Source of the DNA: Candidatus Elulimicrobium sp.
Lineage (GTDB): Bacteria; Patescibacteriota; Minisyncoccia; Phycocordibacterales; UBA918
Assembly: GCA_020720815.1 (NCBI GenBank)
Contig: DYNY01000002.1
Location: 5,980-69,979, forward strand
Reading direction: 5' to 3'
DNA length: 64,000 nt
Position numbers and translations under genes: made by a program. Positions 29,199-39,550 of this stretch are shown here, one piece after another (within the stretch, counting starts at the first letter, position 1; each line of letters starts with the position of its first letter). The notes beneath the pieces were generated by a model, which saw only the letters and a list, made by a program, of their open reading frames with translations, did no database searches and was not told where the DNA came from.

Positions 29199-31169
29199 TT
29201 AATCCAAGAAAATAGTGGTCTCATAGCCAGAATCAGTGCCAAATTCGCCGGGATTGGTGTTTTCTATATGTTTGGTATTGATGTCATTTAGGAAAGAAGA
29301 CGGTAGATTTACCCTTTGGCTACCATATATGGTGCGTAAGTGAGCGTAGGTTAGATAGACTTTTTCTGAGGCTCGGGTCAGAGCGACGTAAAATAGTCGT
29401 CTCTCCTCTTCGTGATCAATACTGGTATCATCTAGTCTTTCGTGTGGAAACAACCCTTCTTCTAAACCACAGATAAAAACAACTGGGAATTCTAGTCCTT
29501 TGGAGGCATGAATTGTCATTAGACGGGTGGCGTCCTGTTCTTCCTTATCTTTGAGTTCATCCTGATCACTCTGGAGAGCCGCTGTTTCTAGTAATAACTC
29601 TATCGCTTCTTCTGGATTCATTTCATCGTAGCGTCTAGCTAAGGTAACTAGTTCTTGCAGGTTTTCTAGGCGTGACAGGTCATCTTCGGTGCCGTTTTTC
29701 TTTAATTCAGTTTCAATCCCGGTTCTTTTTATGATAAATTTAAGTGTCTCGGCTAGTGGCTTGGTGCGAGCTTCATCCGCAATGTCTTGCATAATTTGGT
29801 CAAATCGACCCACTTTTTCTAGCACGGCTCCTTTAAGTTCTGCTCGCTTTCCCTCAACAATTTTAAGCATGGTGACCTTGCCTATGCCACGAGCTGGTTC
29901 GTTGATTACCCGTACCAGGTCCGCCATACTTCCCGGGTTTAGGGCTAGACGAAGGTAAGACAAAACATCCTTTACTTCTTTCCGTTCGTAAAATTTTGTA
30001 CCCAAAAGTTGGTACGGTACCGAAAAATTTAGGAATGCTTCCTCAAGCGCGCGTGATTGGAAGTTGGTACGGTAAAGCACCGCAATATCGGATGGTTTAC
30101 GACCGGTAGTGATAAGTGCCTTAGCCGTAGTAGCTATATATTCAGCCTCATCATTACCGGTCATGGCCACGTAAAGACTAATCTTTTCACCTTGGTGATT
30201 GCTTGTAAAAACGGCTTTAGGAATACGATTTTTATTTTTTTCAATAATCTCGTTTGAGGCCGAGATAATGGTTTTAGTGGAGCGGTAGTTCTCTTCCAGT
30301 AGAATCGTGGCGGCGGTAGGGAACTCACGTTCAAATTGAAGGACATTCTTAATGTCAGCCCCACGCCAGGAATAAATATTTTGATCGATGTCCCCTACCA
30401 CACAGATATTTTGCTCAGCCCCACAAAGTATTTTAGCCATTGCAAATTGAACAGCGTTGGTGTCTTGGTATTCGTCTATATGTATATATAGGTAGCGTTT
30501 TTGTAAAATTTCTCGGACAGTGGTCTGTGATTGTAGTAAGGTTAAGGTTTTGGCCAACAAATCATCAAAATCAAGCGCGTGCTCTGTTTTAAGAATTGCT
30601 TCATATTTTTCCCACACGGTGGCGGTTACTTGGTCTGGGAAAGTGCTAGCGCTGGCTTTATAACTACTAACTGTTTGGGCGTCTCCCTTAGCGCGTGATA
30701 TTTTGCCCAATATTTTACGAGGCTCAAACTCTTTAGGACTATAGTTTGCCTGTTCGATGGCAGTTTTAATAGTGCGTAAGCTATCGCTACGATCATAAAT
30801 AGTGAAATGTCTCGGTAGATTTAGATATTCATGAAACTCTCGGAGCAAGCGTACACCAAGAGAGTGAAAAGTAGTCACCGTTGGGAGTGAATCAATAACC
30901 GCCCGATTGCTTGGTGGAAAGTGATGGACTAAGCTTTCCACGCGTTCGCGCATTTCTTTAGCCGCTTTGTTGGTAAAAGTTACGGCTAGAATATTATGTG
31001 GAGCAATGCCGATATGAATGAGGTGAACAATCCGGTGAGTAATTACTCTAGTTTTACCGGATCCTGCACCAGCCAAGATTAGGAGGGGACCATTAGTTTT
31101 CAAAACAGCTTCCGTTTGCTTGTCATTTAATCCTTCTAGGTACGGCTTACAAATAGACATAGGTGACAC
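29199..31169 (-). CDS. pcrA: UvrD/PcrA/Rep-family ATP-dependent DNA helicase
   Basis: Walker A AGAGSGKTRVITHR and SF1 helicase motifs, including the DEYQDTN variant IDEYQDTNAVQ. Confidence 0.9.
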   Translation of the reverse strand: MSPMSICKPYLEGLNDKQTEAVLKTNGPLLILAGAGSGKTRVITHRIVHLIHIGIAPHNILAVTFTNKAAKEMRERVESLVHHFPPSNRAVIDSLPTVTTFHSLGVRLLREFHEYLNLPRHFTIYDRSDSLRTIKTAIEQANYSPKEFEPRKILGKISRAKGDAQTVSSYKASASTFPDQVTATVWEKYEAILKTEHALDFDDLLAKTLTLLQSQTTVREILQKRYLYIHIDEYQDTNAVQFAMAKILCGAEQNICVVGDIDQNIYSWRGADIKNVLQFEREFPTAATILLEENYRSTKTIISASNEIIEKNKNRIPKAVFTSNHQGEKISLYVAMTGNDEAEYIATTAKALITTGRKPSDIAVLYRTNFQSRALEEAFLNFSVPYQLLGTKFYERKEVKDVLSYLRLALNPGSMADLVRVINEPARGIGKVTMLKIVEGKRAELKGAVLEKVGRFDQIMQDIADEARTKPLAETLKFIIKRTGIETELKKNGTEDDLSRLENLQELVTLARRYDEMNPEEAIELLLETAALQSDQDELKDKEEQDATRLMTIHASKGLEFPVVFICGLEEGLFPHERLDDTSIDHEEERRLFYVALTRASEKVYLTYAHLRTIYGSQRVNLPSSFLNDINTKHIENTNPGEFGTDSGYETTIFLD

Positions 31170-31519
31170 TATAACACGGGGTAAGGAATGGAAGTTCCCT
31201 TACACCGAAGTTTTTTGGTGTAAGATTTTTACACCAGGCTATAATTTTTTTGTCAATAAAAAAATAAGGCTTAAAATATGAACGACAGGGGCATTTTTTT
31301 CAAAGGCTTTAAAAATGTGTATTCGTCAATTGCCCTACCCCGGTAGTTTAGTACAATATGGGAGTACCAACAGTTTTGGTAAATGTAGGAGAGCACAATC
31401 ATGTTGCTTTTTTTGTTTCAGAAATTTACCGTAGTGAAAGAATGGCGGCGAGTCCCTAAAAAAAATTTATTCAACGACACACACAAGATTCTGATCAGAT
31501 ACTATCATTTATAGATCAG

Positions 31520-32548
31520 ATGACAGATAATGCCGAAAAAGCATTACCACGCCACTTTAGCCATATCGAGTGGATACTTTTTTTAGTGGTTATTGCTTTG
31601 CCTATTTCGTTACATACTGGTTTTTTTGACGTGGTGACAGCTGAAGGCAATAATCTTCCTGTGGTTGAAAATATTGTCCCAGCTTATATTTCTCCCTTAG
31701 ATACACCAGTTCTGTCGGCGGTTAAAAATCCTAATCCACAAGGTTCTCGTGGTGGGGCTGAGGTCTTGGTCAATGAAGGGGCTTTGGTTTCCTCTGGTCC
31801 GGTCGGAGAGGATATCATTGCCGCGTCAAAGAACCCTACCGGAGAAATTAGTGTTTACACAGTTAGAGCTGGCGATACCCTTTCTCATATTGCGCAAATG
31901 TATGGAGTAACCGCCAACACTATTTTGTGGGCCAACGATTTACCACGAGCGACTGCGATTCGTGAAGGACAAACTCTAGTTATATTACCAGTGGCTGGTG
32001 TACGTCACGTAGTAAAGAAGGGTGACACACTTAGTTCTATTGCAAAAAAATACAGTGGCAAGGAAGATGATATTTTAACGTATAATCAAATTGGAGATGA
32101 TACGGATTTAGTCATTGGAGAAGTGTTAGTGATACCAGGAGGAACAATAAAAGTTGCCCCAAGTTCTGGTAGTGGTAGTAAGTCAGGTAGCAAGTTAGCT
32201 GGTAGTTCATGGTTGACCCATCCAGTACCTGGTGCAATTAAGACCCAAGGCATTCATGGTTTTAATGCAGTTGACTTGGCATCGGCTGTCGGTACCTCTA
32301 TTAGAGCCGCTGGTACTGGTGAAGTAATTGTTTCGAAAAGTTCTGGATGGAATGGTGGTTATGGGCAGTATATAGTTATCCGTCATAGTAACGGAGCACA
32401 AACTCTCTATGCCCATCTTTCTCGTAATGATGTTGGCGTAGGTGCTTATGTAAGTCAAGGAGAAGTGATTGGTGCGATGGGAAATACTGGACGATCAACC
32501 GGACCACACCTACACTTTGAAGTACGCGGAGCTAGTAATCCATTCTAA
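31520..32548 (+). CDS. LysM-domain plus M23 (LytM) peptidoglycan endopeptidase
   Basis: Two LysM repeats (YTVRAGDTLSHIA, HVVKKGDTLSSIA) and an M23 catalytic core (HGFNAVDLA...HLHFEVR). Confidence 0.88.
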   Translation: MTDNAEKALPRHFSHIEWILFLVVIALPISLHTGFFDVVTAEGNNLPVVENIVPAYISPLDTPVLSAVKNPNPQGSRGGAEVLVNEGALVSSGPVGEDIIAASKNPTGEISVYTVRAGDTLSHIAQMYGVTANTILWANDLPRATAIREGQTLVILPVAGVRHVVKKGDTLSSIAKKYSGKEDDILTYNQIGDDTDLVIGEVLVIPGGTIKVAPSSGSGSKSGSKLAGSSWLTHPVPGAIKTQGIHGFNAVDLASAVGTSIRAAGTGEVIVSKSSGWNGGYGQYIVIRHSNGAQTLYAHLSRNDVGVGAYVSQGEVIGAMGNTGRSTGPHLHFEVRGASNPF

Positions 32549-32569
32549 CTATCTAGACAGTTTGTTGAT

Positions 32570-32628
32570 AAAACTAAAACCACTGAACACCTACTCTGTA
32601 ATTAGGTGTGTTCAGTGGTTTTAGTTTG
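32570..32628. terminator. Long bidirectional terminator hairpin between the convergent M23 gene and comM
   Basis: aaaactaaaaccactgaacacc...ggtgtgttcagtggttttagttt forms a 22-bp stem. Confidence 0.7.
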
Positions 32629-34132
32629 GAATACGGTAAGAAAGGGCTTCTAGGACATGTTTAGCTTCAATTTCAGTGGCTTCATCGAGGTCGGCAATTG
32701 TCCGAGATACTTTTAATAAGCGGTGATAACTTCGTGGTGATAGATTAAGTTTGGTGGCTGAAAGCTTAAGTAAATCTTTTACCTCGTCATTAATAATTAA
32801 ATAGTGATCAATATCACGACTAGTCATTTCAGCATTGGTGAATATTCCACGGTCGACTAATCTAGCTACTTGGATTGACCTGGCTTTGGTAATTTCTGTC
32901 CTAGCCCTCTCTGTCTCTCCTTCTGGGCGCACTAAATTGGCTAATGTTTCATGTGGTATATGAAGTACTTCAATCCATAAATCAATACGGTCAAGAATTG
33001 GGCCAGATATTTTTTCTTTATAAGTTTCTTTCATTGCTCTAGCTAGGTTGGTAGTACCATCTTCTACTCCACGGTAGGGATTCATTGCCGCTACTAAAAT
33101 AAAATCAGCTGGAAAAACCGCCGTACCCTGGATCCTAGAAATACTAACTACCCTATCTTCTAGTGGTTGTCTTAAAGCATCCAAACTACGTCTTTCAAAC
33201 TCTGGAAACTCATCCATAAATAAGACACCTTTATGAGCGAGAGTCACTTCGCCTGGTTTTGGTTGTGAACCACCACCCACAAGCGCTGTATAAGAGGCTG
33301 TGTGATGGGGAGATCTGAAAGGGGGTATCGAGCTGATAGTTTCCAGGTTCCCGTTAGTGGAATGAATAGCTGTGACGGCCAAGGCATCACTACGGGATAG
33401 TGGTGGTAGTAAACCCTGAAAAGCTCTGGCCAACATTGTCTTACCAGTACCGGGTGGGCCGACTAAAATGACATTATGCCGGCCCGCTGCAGCAATTATT
33501 AGCGCTCGTTTGGCGCTTTCTTGCCCCTTGATATCTTCTAGTACCACTTTACTTTGTCCCCAGGCGGGGGCTATTTCAGTAGTTTTTTGTATCAGGAGTA
33601 GTTGGTGATTGGGATGATTTATTTCACAATGTAGAATAACTTCACGCAATGAGGTGGCTCCATAAATATCAATTCCTTCTACCAAACCTGCTTCCTCAGC
33701 ATTAGCTTTAGGTACAATGACTTTTTTGTAACCATTTAGTTTAGCCACCAGAACGATATTCAAGACTCCTTTTATTGGTCTTAAACTGCCATCCAGACCA
33801 AGCTCACCAACAAAAATAGTATCGGTCACTGGAGAAATTTCTTCCGTGGCGATTAAATAAGCCAAAGCGATAGGGAGATCAAATAAAGGTCCTTCCTTTT
33901 TTAAATCAGCCGGTGATAGCGAAATAGTTATTTTTTGGTTTTGACTTTTTGGTGAATCATAATCAGTATGTTTAATAGCACTACTAACCCTGTCCCTAGC
34001 TTCCTCAATAGCTTTACCAGCCAAACCAACAATTGAAAATGAATGTAATCCTCTAGATAAGTCGGCCTCGATACAAACAACGGTGCCAGATAGAATGTGT
34101 GGTTGTACCGTGTATGTCTTCGCGATGGCCAT
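32621..34132 (-). CDS. comM: YifB/ComM-family Mg-chelatase-like AAA+ ATPase
   Basis: Lon-like N-domain, Walker A ILVGPPGTGKTML, Walker B VLFMDEFPEF, and a C-terminal ChlI-like domain. Confidence 0.9.
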   Translation of the reverse strand: MAIAKTYTVQPHILSGTVVCIEADLSRGLHSFSIVGLAGKAIEEARDRVSSAIKHTDYDSPKSQNQKITISLSPADLKKEGPLFDLPIALAYLIATEEISPVTDTIFVGELGLDGSLRPIKGVLNIVLVAKLNGYKKVIVPKANAEEAGLVEGIDIYGATSLREVILHCEINHPNHQLLLIQKTTEIAPAWGQSKVVLEDIKGQESAKRALIIAAAGRHNVILVGPPGTGKTMLARAFQGLLPPLSRSDALAVTAIHSTNGNLETISSIPPFRSPHHTASYTALVGGGSQPKPGEVTLAHKGVLFMDEFPEFERRSLDALRQPLEDRVVSISRIQGTAVFPADFILVAAMNPYRGVEDGTTNLARAMKETYKEKISGPILDRIDLWIEVLHIPHETLANLVRPEGETERARTEITKARSIQVARLVDRGIFTNAEMTSRDIDHYLIINDEVKDLLKLSATKLNLSPRSYHRLLKVSRTIADLDEATEIEAKHVLEALSYRIPN

Positions 34133-34137
34133 GAAGT

Positions 34138-34512
34138 TTAGAGAGTGAGTTGTCCTTCTGTGTCCATGTTCTTGCTTGTGGTACGGGCAGTGGGCTTTGC
34201 TTCTAGACGTGCCTCATCAATTAGTTCTCCGGAAATTTCGCAAATTCCGTATGTCCCATTTTGTATTTTTCTTAAGGCTCGTTTTATATCGCGGTATTCA
34301 GTTTCTAGGCTAGCTAGTGTAGAACGACGCTCGTTGTATTCTTCTACTGCATCGGCTTCAGTATTAATATCGGCTTCAGATAATTCTTCAGTATCTGGCC
34401 TAGCTTCCCAATTGTCAGTTTTTTCGTTTAGATAACCAATCGTACGGAGTTCGGCTGTTATAGTAGCTAGTTGTACCTCTAGGCGATTTTGGTATTTTAT
34501 CAAGTCCAACAT
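34138..34512 (-). CDS. DksA/TraR-like coiled-coil protein with a degenerate zinc finger
   Basis: 124 aa with a long N-terminal coiled coil and C-terminal YGICEISGELIDEARLEAKP resembling the DksA C-terminus, though only one Cys is retained. Confidence 0.4.
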   Translation of the reverse strand: MLDLIKYQNRLEVQLATITAELRTIGYLNEKTDNWEARPDTEELSEADINTEADAVEEYNERRSTLASLETEYRDIKRALRKIQNGTYGICEISGELIDEARLEAKPTARTTSKNMDTEGQLTL

Positions 34513-34515
34513 AAA

Positions 34516-36207
34516 TTATTTTAATAGGTTAGTAATTTCAATAAAAGCGGTAGAGTTAGTAGTAATAATAACAGTATCACGATTTTTTAGTCCGTAAACT
34601 AAAAGTTCCACGCCTGATAGGGTGCGTAATATCCTAACGTCATTTTTTTCTATTACGGCGTCTGTAAATACAGCTGTCTTAATGGAACCAGTGTCATAAA
34701 GTTGATTGTAATTGAATAGTAGTGATACATCCTCATAAATGGTCGTTTCCCAATTTAACATTCCGCCCCGAGCGGTGGTGTAGTCGGCCGTATCTAACAA
34801 GATAAATGGAACGCTCTTACGAAGACCACCAAAGTAAATATAAGATATTGACTTAGTAAAAGCTGGCTCTAATGGAAACTCTAGAGTTTTCATTACCGTC
34901 TCGGGCTTAAGTAAGGTTTCCCCTCCGGCGCCGGCCACAAAAATTTGTTGTGCTACATCTCCTTCGGTGGTCTTGAAGGAATTGACCACATCTTCAAATA
35001 GACCAGCTTTGGTTAAAGTACCAGGATAGATAAGTTGCAGTGGACCCTCGATTAATGTTTTGTAACTAGGGGTCGTATTTAGAGAGTAATCAGGTATTCT
35101 GTTACTAATCCAAAAATAGCTAGTGGCAGAAATTATAATTAAAGCTAACACAACACTAAATACACCGATAGATATAGTATTAATATTAATGCTAAAGAGC
35201 CATTCTTTGAGATTAGTTGGTTGTAGTTTACTAACTTTCCCTCCCGCCAGCTCTTCTGGTTGGACAACCGTTATAGGCGTTACCTCCGGAGTAACTGAAT
35301 CTTCTTTCGCTACGGGTGCTGGAGTAGTCACGACTGGCGTTACCGCGACTAATGGTCTTGCTACTACTGGCTCTACCACCTCATGTAGTGTGCCTCTAAC
35401 ATTTGGCAAACTGCCCATGGCTATTATCTCTGGGGTTTTTGGTTGTGGCAAAGTTTTCTTGCTTGGTGTAGCCTCACTTAAATTAAGGAAACTTTTTTTA
35501 AGCACTACCTGAACATTACTTATGTTATTTTCACCAGCTTCAAGTAGTGGGAAGCCTGGTTCTGTATTAGCTGTCCAGATAGTGGTTGGAGTTTTTGGTG
35601 TTGCCCTCTCTTTACGTAATCTGACACGTTCATGGATACTTAGTGCATCAGCGCTGGCAAATTTTCCAGTTTTAGAAGTGGCTTTTTGGATGACTCCTTT
35701 TCGATGTGAAGTTGGAGGTACAGTATATTTTGGAGTTTTTTTAGCTACTTGTTTTTCTCTTAGATCAGCAAACCACTGACTTATACTTTTAATAATGGCT
35801 GGGAATAAGCGAAAGCGGTTTCTCTTGGCATCGGTAATAATGACTCCTGGTCGAGTGTTACTACTTTCGACAATTATAGTCTCCCCTTCTGTCTTAGGGG
35901 CTGATATGGGTTTAAGAGTTTGCTCTGGTTCTTCCTCATCCCTTCTAACATCAGACTTATTGTCAATTGACTTTACAACTTTTACTATAGGTTCAGTTTT
36001 AACACCTGGTTTAATTTTATTACCAGTCCAACTAGGTGCGCGGTAGATTTGAGGCTCTTCTCTCGTTTCAAACTCATCTGATAAGGAAGCATCATTTGTT
36101 TCAGTTTTAGTCGAGGCATTGTCAAAAGCTTGTTTTTTTGCCATGTCCTTAGCAAAAGTACGAACACTTGGAAGTGAGTTAGAAGATTTATGCTTATCCA
36201 TTACCAT
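34516..36207 (-). CDS. Bitopic membrane protein: disordered Pro/Thr-rich cytoplasmic N-half, one TM, and an extracellular C-domain
   Basis: 563 aa with TM GVFSVVLALIIISATSYFWI near residue 340. No recognisable motif. Confidence 0.6.
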   Translation of the reverse strand: MVMDKHKSSNSLPSVRTFAKDMAKKQAFDNASTKTETNDASLSDEFETREEPQIYRAPSWTGNKIKPGVKTEPIVKVVKSIDNKSDVRRDEEEPEQTLKPISAPKTEGETIIVESSNTRPGVIITDAKRNRFRLFPAIIKSISQWFADLREKQVAKKTPKYTVPPTSHRKGVIQKATSKTGKFASADALSIHERVRLRKERATPKTPTTIWTANTEPGFPLLEAGENNISNVQVVLKKSFLNLSEATPSKKTLPQPKTPEIIAMGSLPNVRGTLHEVVEPVVARPLVAVTPVVTTPAPVAKEDSVTPEVTPITVVQPEELAGGKVSKLQPTNLKEWLFSININTISIGVFSVVLALIIISATSYFWISNRIPDYSLNTTPSYKTLIEGPLQLIYPGTLTKAGLFEDVVNSFKTTEGDVAQQIFVAGAGGETLLKPETVMKTLEFPLEPAFTKSISYIYFGGLRKSVPFILLDTADYTTARGGMLNWETTIYEDVSLLFNYNQLYDTGSIKTAVFTDAVIEKNDVRILRTLSGVELLVYGLKNRDTVIITTNSTAFIEITNLLK

Positions 36208-36272
36208 CTAGTATTGCACGAAATTGTTAGTTTGTGAGTAGGAAACTGTGATTCCCGTTAATAAATAATATC

Positions 36273-38411
36273 CTAAGTAATTTTTTTAAGACCTCTGTTT
36301 TTGGTGAAATCAGGGTTTATTTGCTTAATTGATAGTCCAATTTTACCCTCTTCTACCTTACTTACTACTACCTGTACTACTTCACCGACAGTTAGAATTC
36401 CTTCCATACTTTCAATTCGGAAAGGAGCAATTTCTGAAATATGAATTAATCCTTCATTGTAGCTATCGAGCTTAGCGAAAGCACCAAAAGTAGCAATTTT
36501 GGTTATAGTGGCAGTGGCTTTGTCACCGACCAGGTACCTTTTAGTTAGAGACATAATCTTATCAGCTGCTAGACTGGGTGTGCCATTTTTACCGGTGATA
36601 TAAACTGCACCATCATCTTCAATAACAATTTCATCAACCCCGGTGTCGTCTTTTATACTATTGATTGTTTTGCCACCAGAACCAATTACCAAACCAATTT
36701 GATCAGGTAAAATCATTAACGAAATTATTTGTGGAGCTCGGGGAGAGATCGTTGCTCGTGGGGCTGACAGGGCCTTCTTCATTGTCTCTAATATTTGTAG
36801 TCGAGCCAGCCTGGCCTTTTCTAAAGCTTCAATAAGTATTTGTATAGAAATTCCAGTTATTTTTACATCCATCTGGATAGCGGTAACTCCTTCGGTCGTC
36901 CCAGCTACTTTGAAATCCATGTCACCGTATTCGTCTTCTGGGCCTTGGATGTCGGTCAAAAGTTGATAGGAATCATCTAGTATCATTACCCCAGAAGCGA
37001 TACCAGCCACACCTCTTATAATCGGTACCCCACCGTCCATTAGAGCTAAGGTTGAAGCACAGACTGAACCCATTGAACTAGAGCCATTGCTAGACATCGT
37101 TTCTGAAACTAGTCTTATTGTATAAGGAAAAGTTTCTTTATCTGGGATAACTGGTAAAAGGGCTTTTTCGGCTAAGGCACCATGACCAATCATTCTTCGA
37201 TTAAAACCACCAACCCGACCAGTTTCTCCAACCGAAAAGGGTGGGAAATTGTAGTGGTGCATAAAATTTTTTTTCACTGAGCGTTCTTCCATAGTATCAA
37301 TCATTTGAGCAGCTTCAGGACCACCTAAAGTTAAAGCAGAAAAGATACGTGTGCCACCTCTATAAAATATACCTGAACCATGCAGGACAGGGGAGATTCC
37401 ACCAGCTTCAGCATAAAGTTCTCTCACCTCATCAAATCCCCTCCCGTCAGCTCTTTTACCGTCAACTACTGCGCCCTTGTGTAGTTCGATACTTATCTGT
37501 TCCTCAAAGTAAGAGCTGGCAATTTTTTTATCAATTGGCTCTTCTTGGGAAGTGGCTGCTTCGATGAAAATGTTTTTTAGTTCTTGAAGATGGTCTTTTC
37601 CTGGGCGATTGCTAAAAAGTGTTATCTGTAATTGGGACTTATAATTTTTTTTATATAAATCTATCAGTGCGATGGGTGTTTCTTGTATTGATATTAGGCG
37701 CTTGGGTTTACCAATTTCAGCGATAATATTTTTTTGCCAAATCTCTAATTCGGCTTGGATTTTTAGGGCAGTTTCTAAAGCAGAAATAATCTCACTTTCG
37801 CTTACTTCATAAGCAGTCGTCTCAATCATATTTATCTTGCCATCCTTTCCACAAGCCAACACTTCATAATCAGCTATTTCAGGAGTGCGGTCTTGGTAGC
37901 TTGGGTTTATTATTATCCCTTTGCTAGTTTTGATACGAGCTAGGCGAACTGCTCCCACTGGTCCAGCCCAAGGAATATCTGATATGCCCAAAGCTAGAGA
38001 GGCACCAATTACACCAAGAATATCAGGGTCATCTTCACCAATTGATAGGACAGTAATAACAACTTGTACGTCAATCCGCAGTTGCGAAGAAAAAAGTGGG
38101 CGGATCGTTCTGTCAACGATACGAGCCGAGAGAATTGCCTCGTCACTGGGGCGACCTTCGCGACGCATAAAACGACTACCAAGAATTTCACCGGCTGCAT
38201 AGAACTTTTCTTCAAATTCAACTGACAGTGGAAAATATGGTAGACTAGGATTATCACTCTTACCCATTACAGCCGTGACTAAAACAACCGTCTCACCATA
38301 AGTTAAAAGTACAGAACCATTGGCGTGCAAGGTTAAGTCATTAAATTCGGCCGTCAGTGTCTTGCCTCCTAACTCCGTGGTAAAGATTTTTCTTTGCATA
38401 ACTACTATCAA
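36273..38411 (-). CDS. pnp: Polyribonucleotide nucleotidyltransferase (PNPase)
   Basis: 712 aa with two RNase PH domains plus C-terminal KH and S1 domains. Confidence 0.95.
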   Translation of the reverse strand: MIVVMQRKIFTTELGGKTLTAEFNDLTLHANGSVLLTYGETVVLVTAVMGKSDNPSLPYFPLSVEFEEKFYAAGEILGSRFMRREGRPSDEAILSARIVDRTIRPLFSSQLRIDVQVVITVLSIGEDDPDILGVIGASLALGISDIPWAGPVGAVRLARIKTSKGIIINPSYQDRTPEIADYEVLACGKDGKINMIETTAYEVSESEIISALETALKIQAELEIWQKNIIAEIGKPKRLISIQETPIALIDLYKKNYKSQLQITLFSNRPGKDHLQELKNIFIEAATSQEEPIDKKIASSYFEEQISIELHKGAVVDGKRADGRGFDEVRELYAEAGGISPVLHGSGIFYRGGTRIFSALTLGGPEAAQMIDTMEERSVKKNFMHHYNFPPFSVGETGRVGGFNRRMIGHGALAEKALLPVIPDKETFPYTIRLVSETMSSNGSSSMGSVCASTLALMDGGVPIIRGVAGIASGVMILDDSYQLLTDIQGPEDEYGDMDFKVAGTTEGVTAIQMDVKITGISIQILIEALEKARLARLQILETMKKALSAPRATISPRAPQIISLMILPDQIGLVIGSGGKTINSIKDDTGVDEIVIEDDGAVYITGKNGTPSLAADKIMSLTKRYLVGDKATATITKIATFGAFAKLDSYNEGLIHISEIAPFRIESMEGILTVGEVVQVVVSKVEEGKIGLSIKQINPDFTKNRGLKKIT

Positions 38412-38432
38412 GGAATATATAAGTCTTGGTAA

Positions 38433-39071
38433 TTAATTCTCAGTTTCGTCCGGATTATTTTTTTTGCCATTTCTGCGACCGAGGTTTTTATTCTGATTAT
38501 TCTTCTTGGTGGTTTTATAACCAATTAAAAATTCGTGCGGATAATCATCCATGTCAATAAAGTCATCAACGATTTCGCGCAGTTTGGCTGAGGCTGAGCG
38601 ACCAAAGGTGATAACTTCCACTTGGCAACCCTGACTTTTTACGTACTCCACCAGAGGAATAAAGTCCCCGTCTCCAGTCGCTAAAACAATAGCATCTACC
38701 TTATGGGCTAGCTTGATAGCATCGATTGCTAGACCAACATCCCAGTCCGCTTTTTTAGCACCGCCATAAAATATTTGTAGGTCTTTAGTTTTAATTTCAA
38801 TGCCGACTTTTTCTAGAGCTTCAAAAAATGGTGCCTCTTCCCCACTCTCTGTATTTACGACATAAGAAAGGGCGCGGATAAGTTTACGATCACCGAGAGC
38901 AGCTTTTACAACAGCTCCGAAATTCACTTTTGATTTGTATAAATTTTTGGCACTGTGATAGAGATTTTGTGTATCAATTAAAACAGCGACCCGTTGTTCA
39001 GGATGGCGAATGATTCCCATATAAAAATAAGTTATGTAAAAATGATCTGTATAAAAATACCCTAACTTCAA
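38433..39071 (-). CDS. NYN/LabA-like (DUF88) PIN-fold protein
   Basis: VAVLIDTQNLY...DWDVGLAIDAIKLAHKVDAIVLATGDGDFIPLV. The start is probably the internal Met at 39020. Confidence 0.8.
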   Translation of the reverse strand: MKLGYFYTDHFYITYFYMGIIRHPEQRVAVLIDTQNLYHSAKNLYKSKVNFGAVVKAALGDRKLIRALSYVVNTESGEEAPFFEALEKVGIEIKTKDLQIFYGGAKKADWDVGLAIDAIKLAHKVDAIVLATGDGDFIPLVEYVKSQGCQVEVITFGRSASAKLREIVDDFIDMDDYPHEFLIGYKTTKKNNQNKNLGRRNGKKNNPDETEN

Positions 39072-39091
39072 CTATAACGTGAAATATAAAA

Positions 39092-39114
39092 ATGCTCCAG
39101 ACGGAGCATTTTTA
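39092..39114 (-). terminator. rpsO terminator
   Basis: aaaaatgctcc-agac-ggagcattttt lies immediately downstream of the rpsO stop. Confidence 0.65.
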
Positions 39115-39116
39115 TA

Positions 39117-39383
39117 TTAGCGTTTCAACCCGAGTTTCTTAATGAGAGATTGGTATGATTTCTCATCTTTACTTTCGAGATAGTTTAGATGCTTGCGCCG
39201 ATCAGCTACCATCTGCAATAGACCACGGCGGGAGTGAAAGTCTTTCTTATGCTTTCGCAAATGAGAAGACAACTCCTCAATCTGACGGGTCAATAATGCG
39301 ACTTGCGCCTCAGGCGAACCAGTGTCACTATCGTGACGACGACTATCCTTAAGGACGTTTTCTTTGACTCGTTTTGTTAACAT
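39117..39383 (-). CDS. rpsO: 30S ribosomal protein S15
   Basis: 88 aa with [29 protein letters not shown]. Confidence 0.95.
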   Translation of the reverse strand: MLTKRVKENVLKDSRRHDSDTGSPEAQVALLTRQIEELSSHLRKHKKDFHSRRGLLQMVADRRKHLNYLESKDEKSYQSLIKKLGLKR

Positions 39384-39550
39384 ATATTATGTGTGAAGTG
39401 TGTCCAATTTATATAGATACGCACGTCAGTGCTTATAAATAAGTACACTTGATTAACCGCGAAGGTTGTATCTACTATAGCACAAAAATTAGGAAAATGC
39501 AAGCCAGACAAATGGTTAGACAGTTTGTCAAAACAGTGTCGGTATAACCG

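Noticed and set aside
31158-31176. The sequence ataggtgacactataac matches the SP6 phage promoter core (TAGGTGACACTATA) 14 of 14.
   Set aside because: It overlaps the pcrA start codon and the first codons (the reverse strand encodes MSPMSI). It is a short match with no phage context, so it is treated as coincidence.
34145-34435. A 96-aa plus-strand ORF.
   Set aside because: It is antisense to the better-supported DksA-like coiled-coil ORF.
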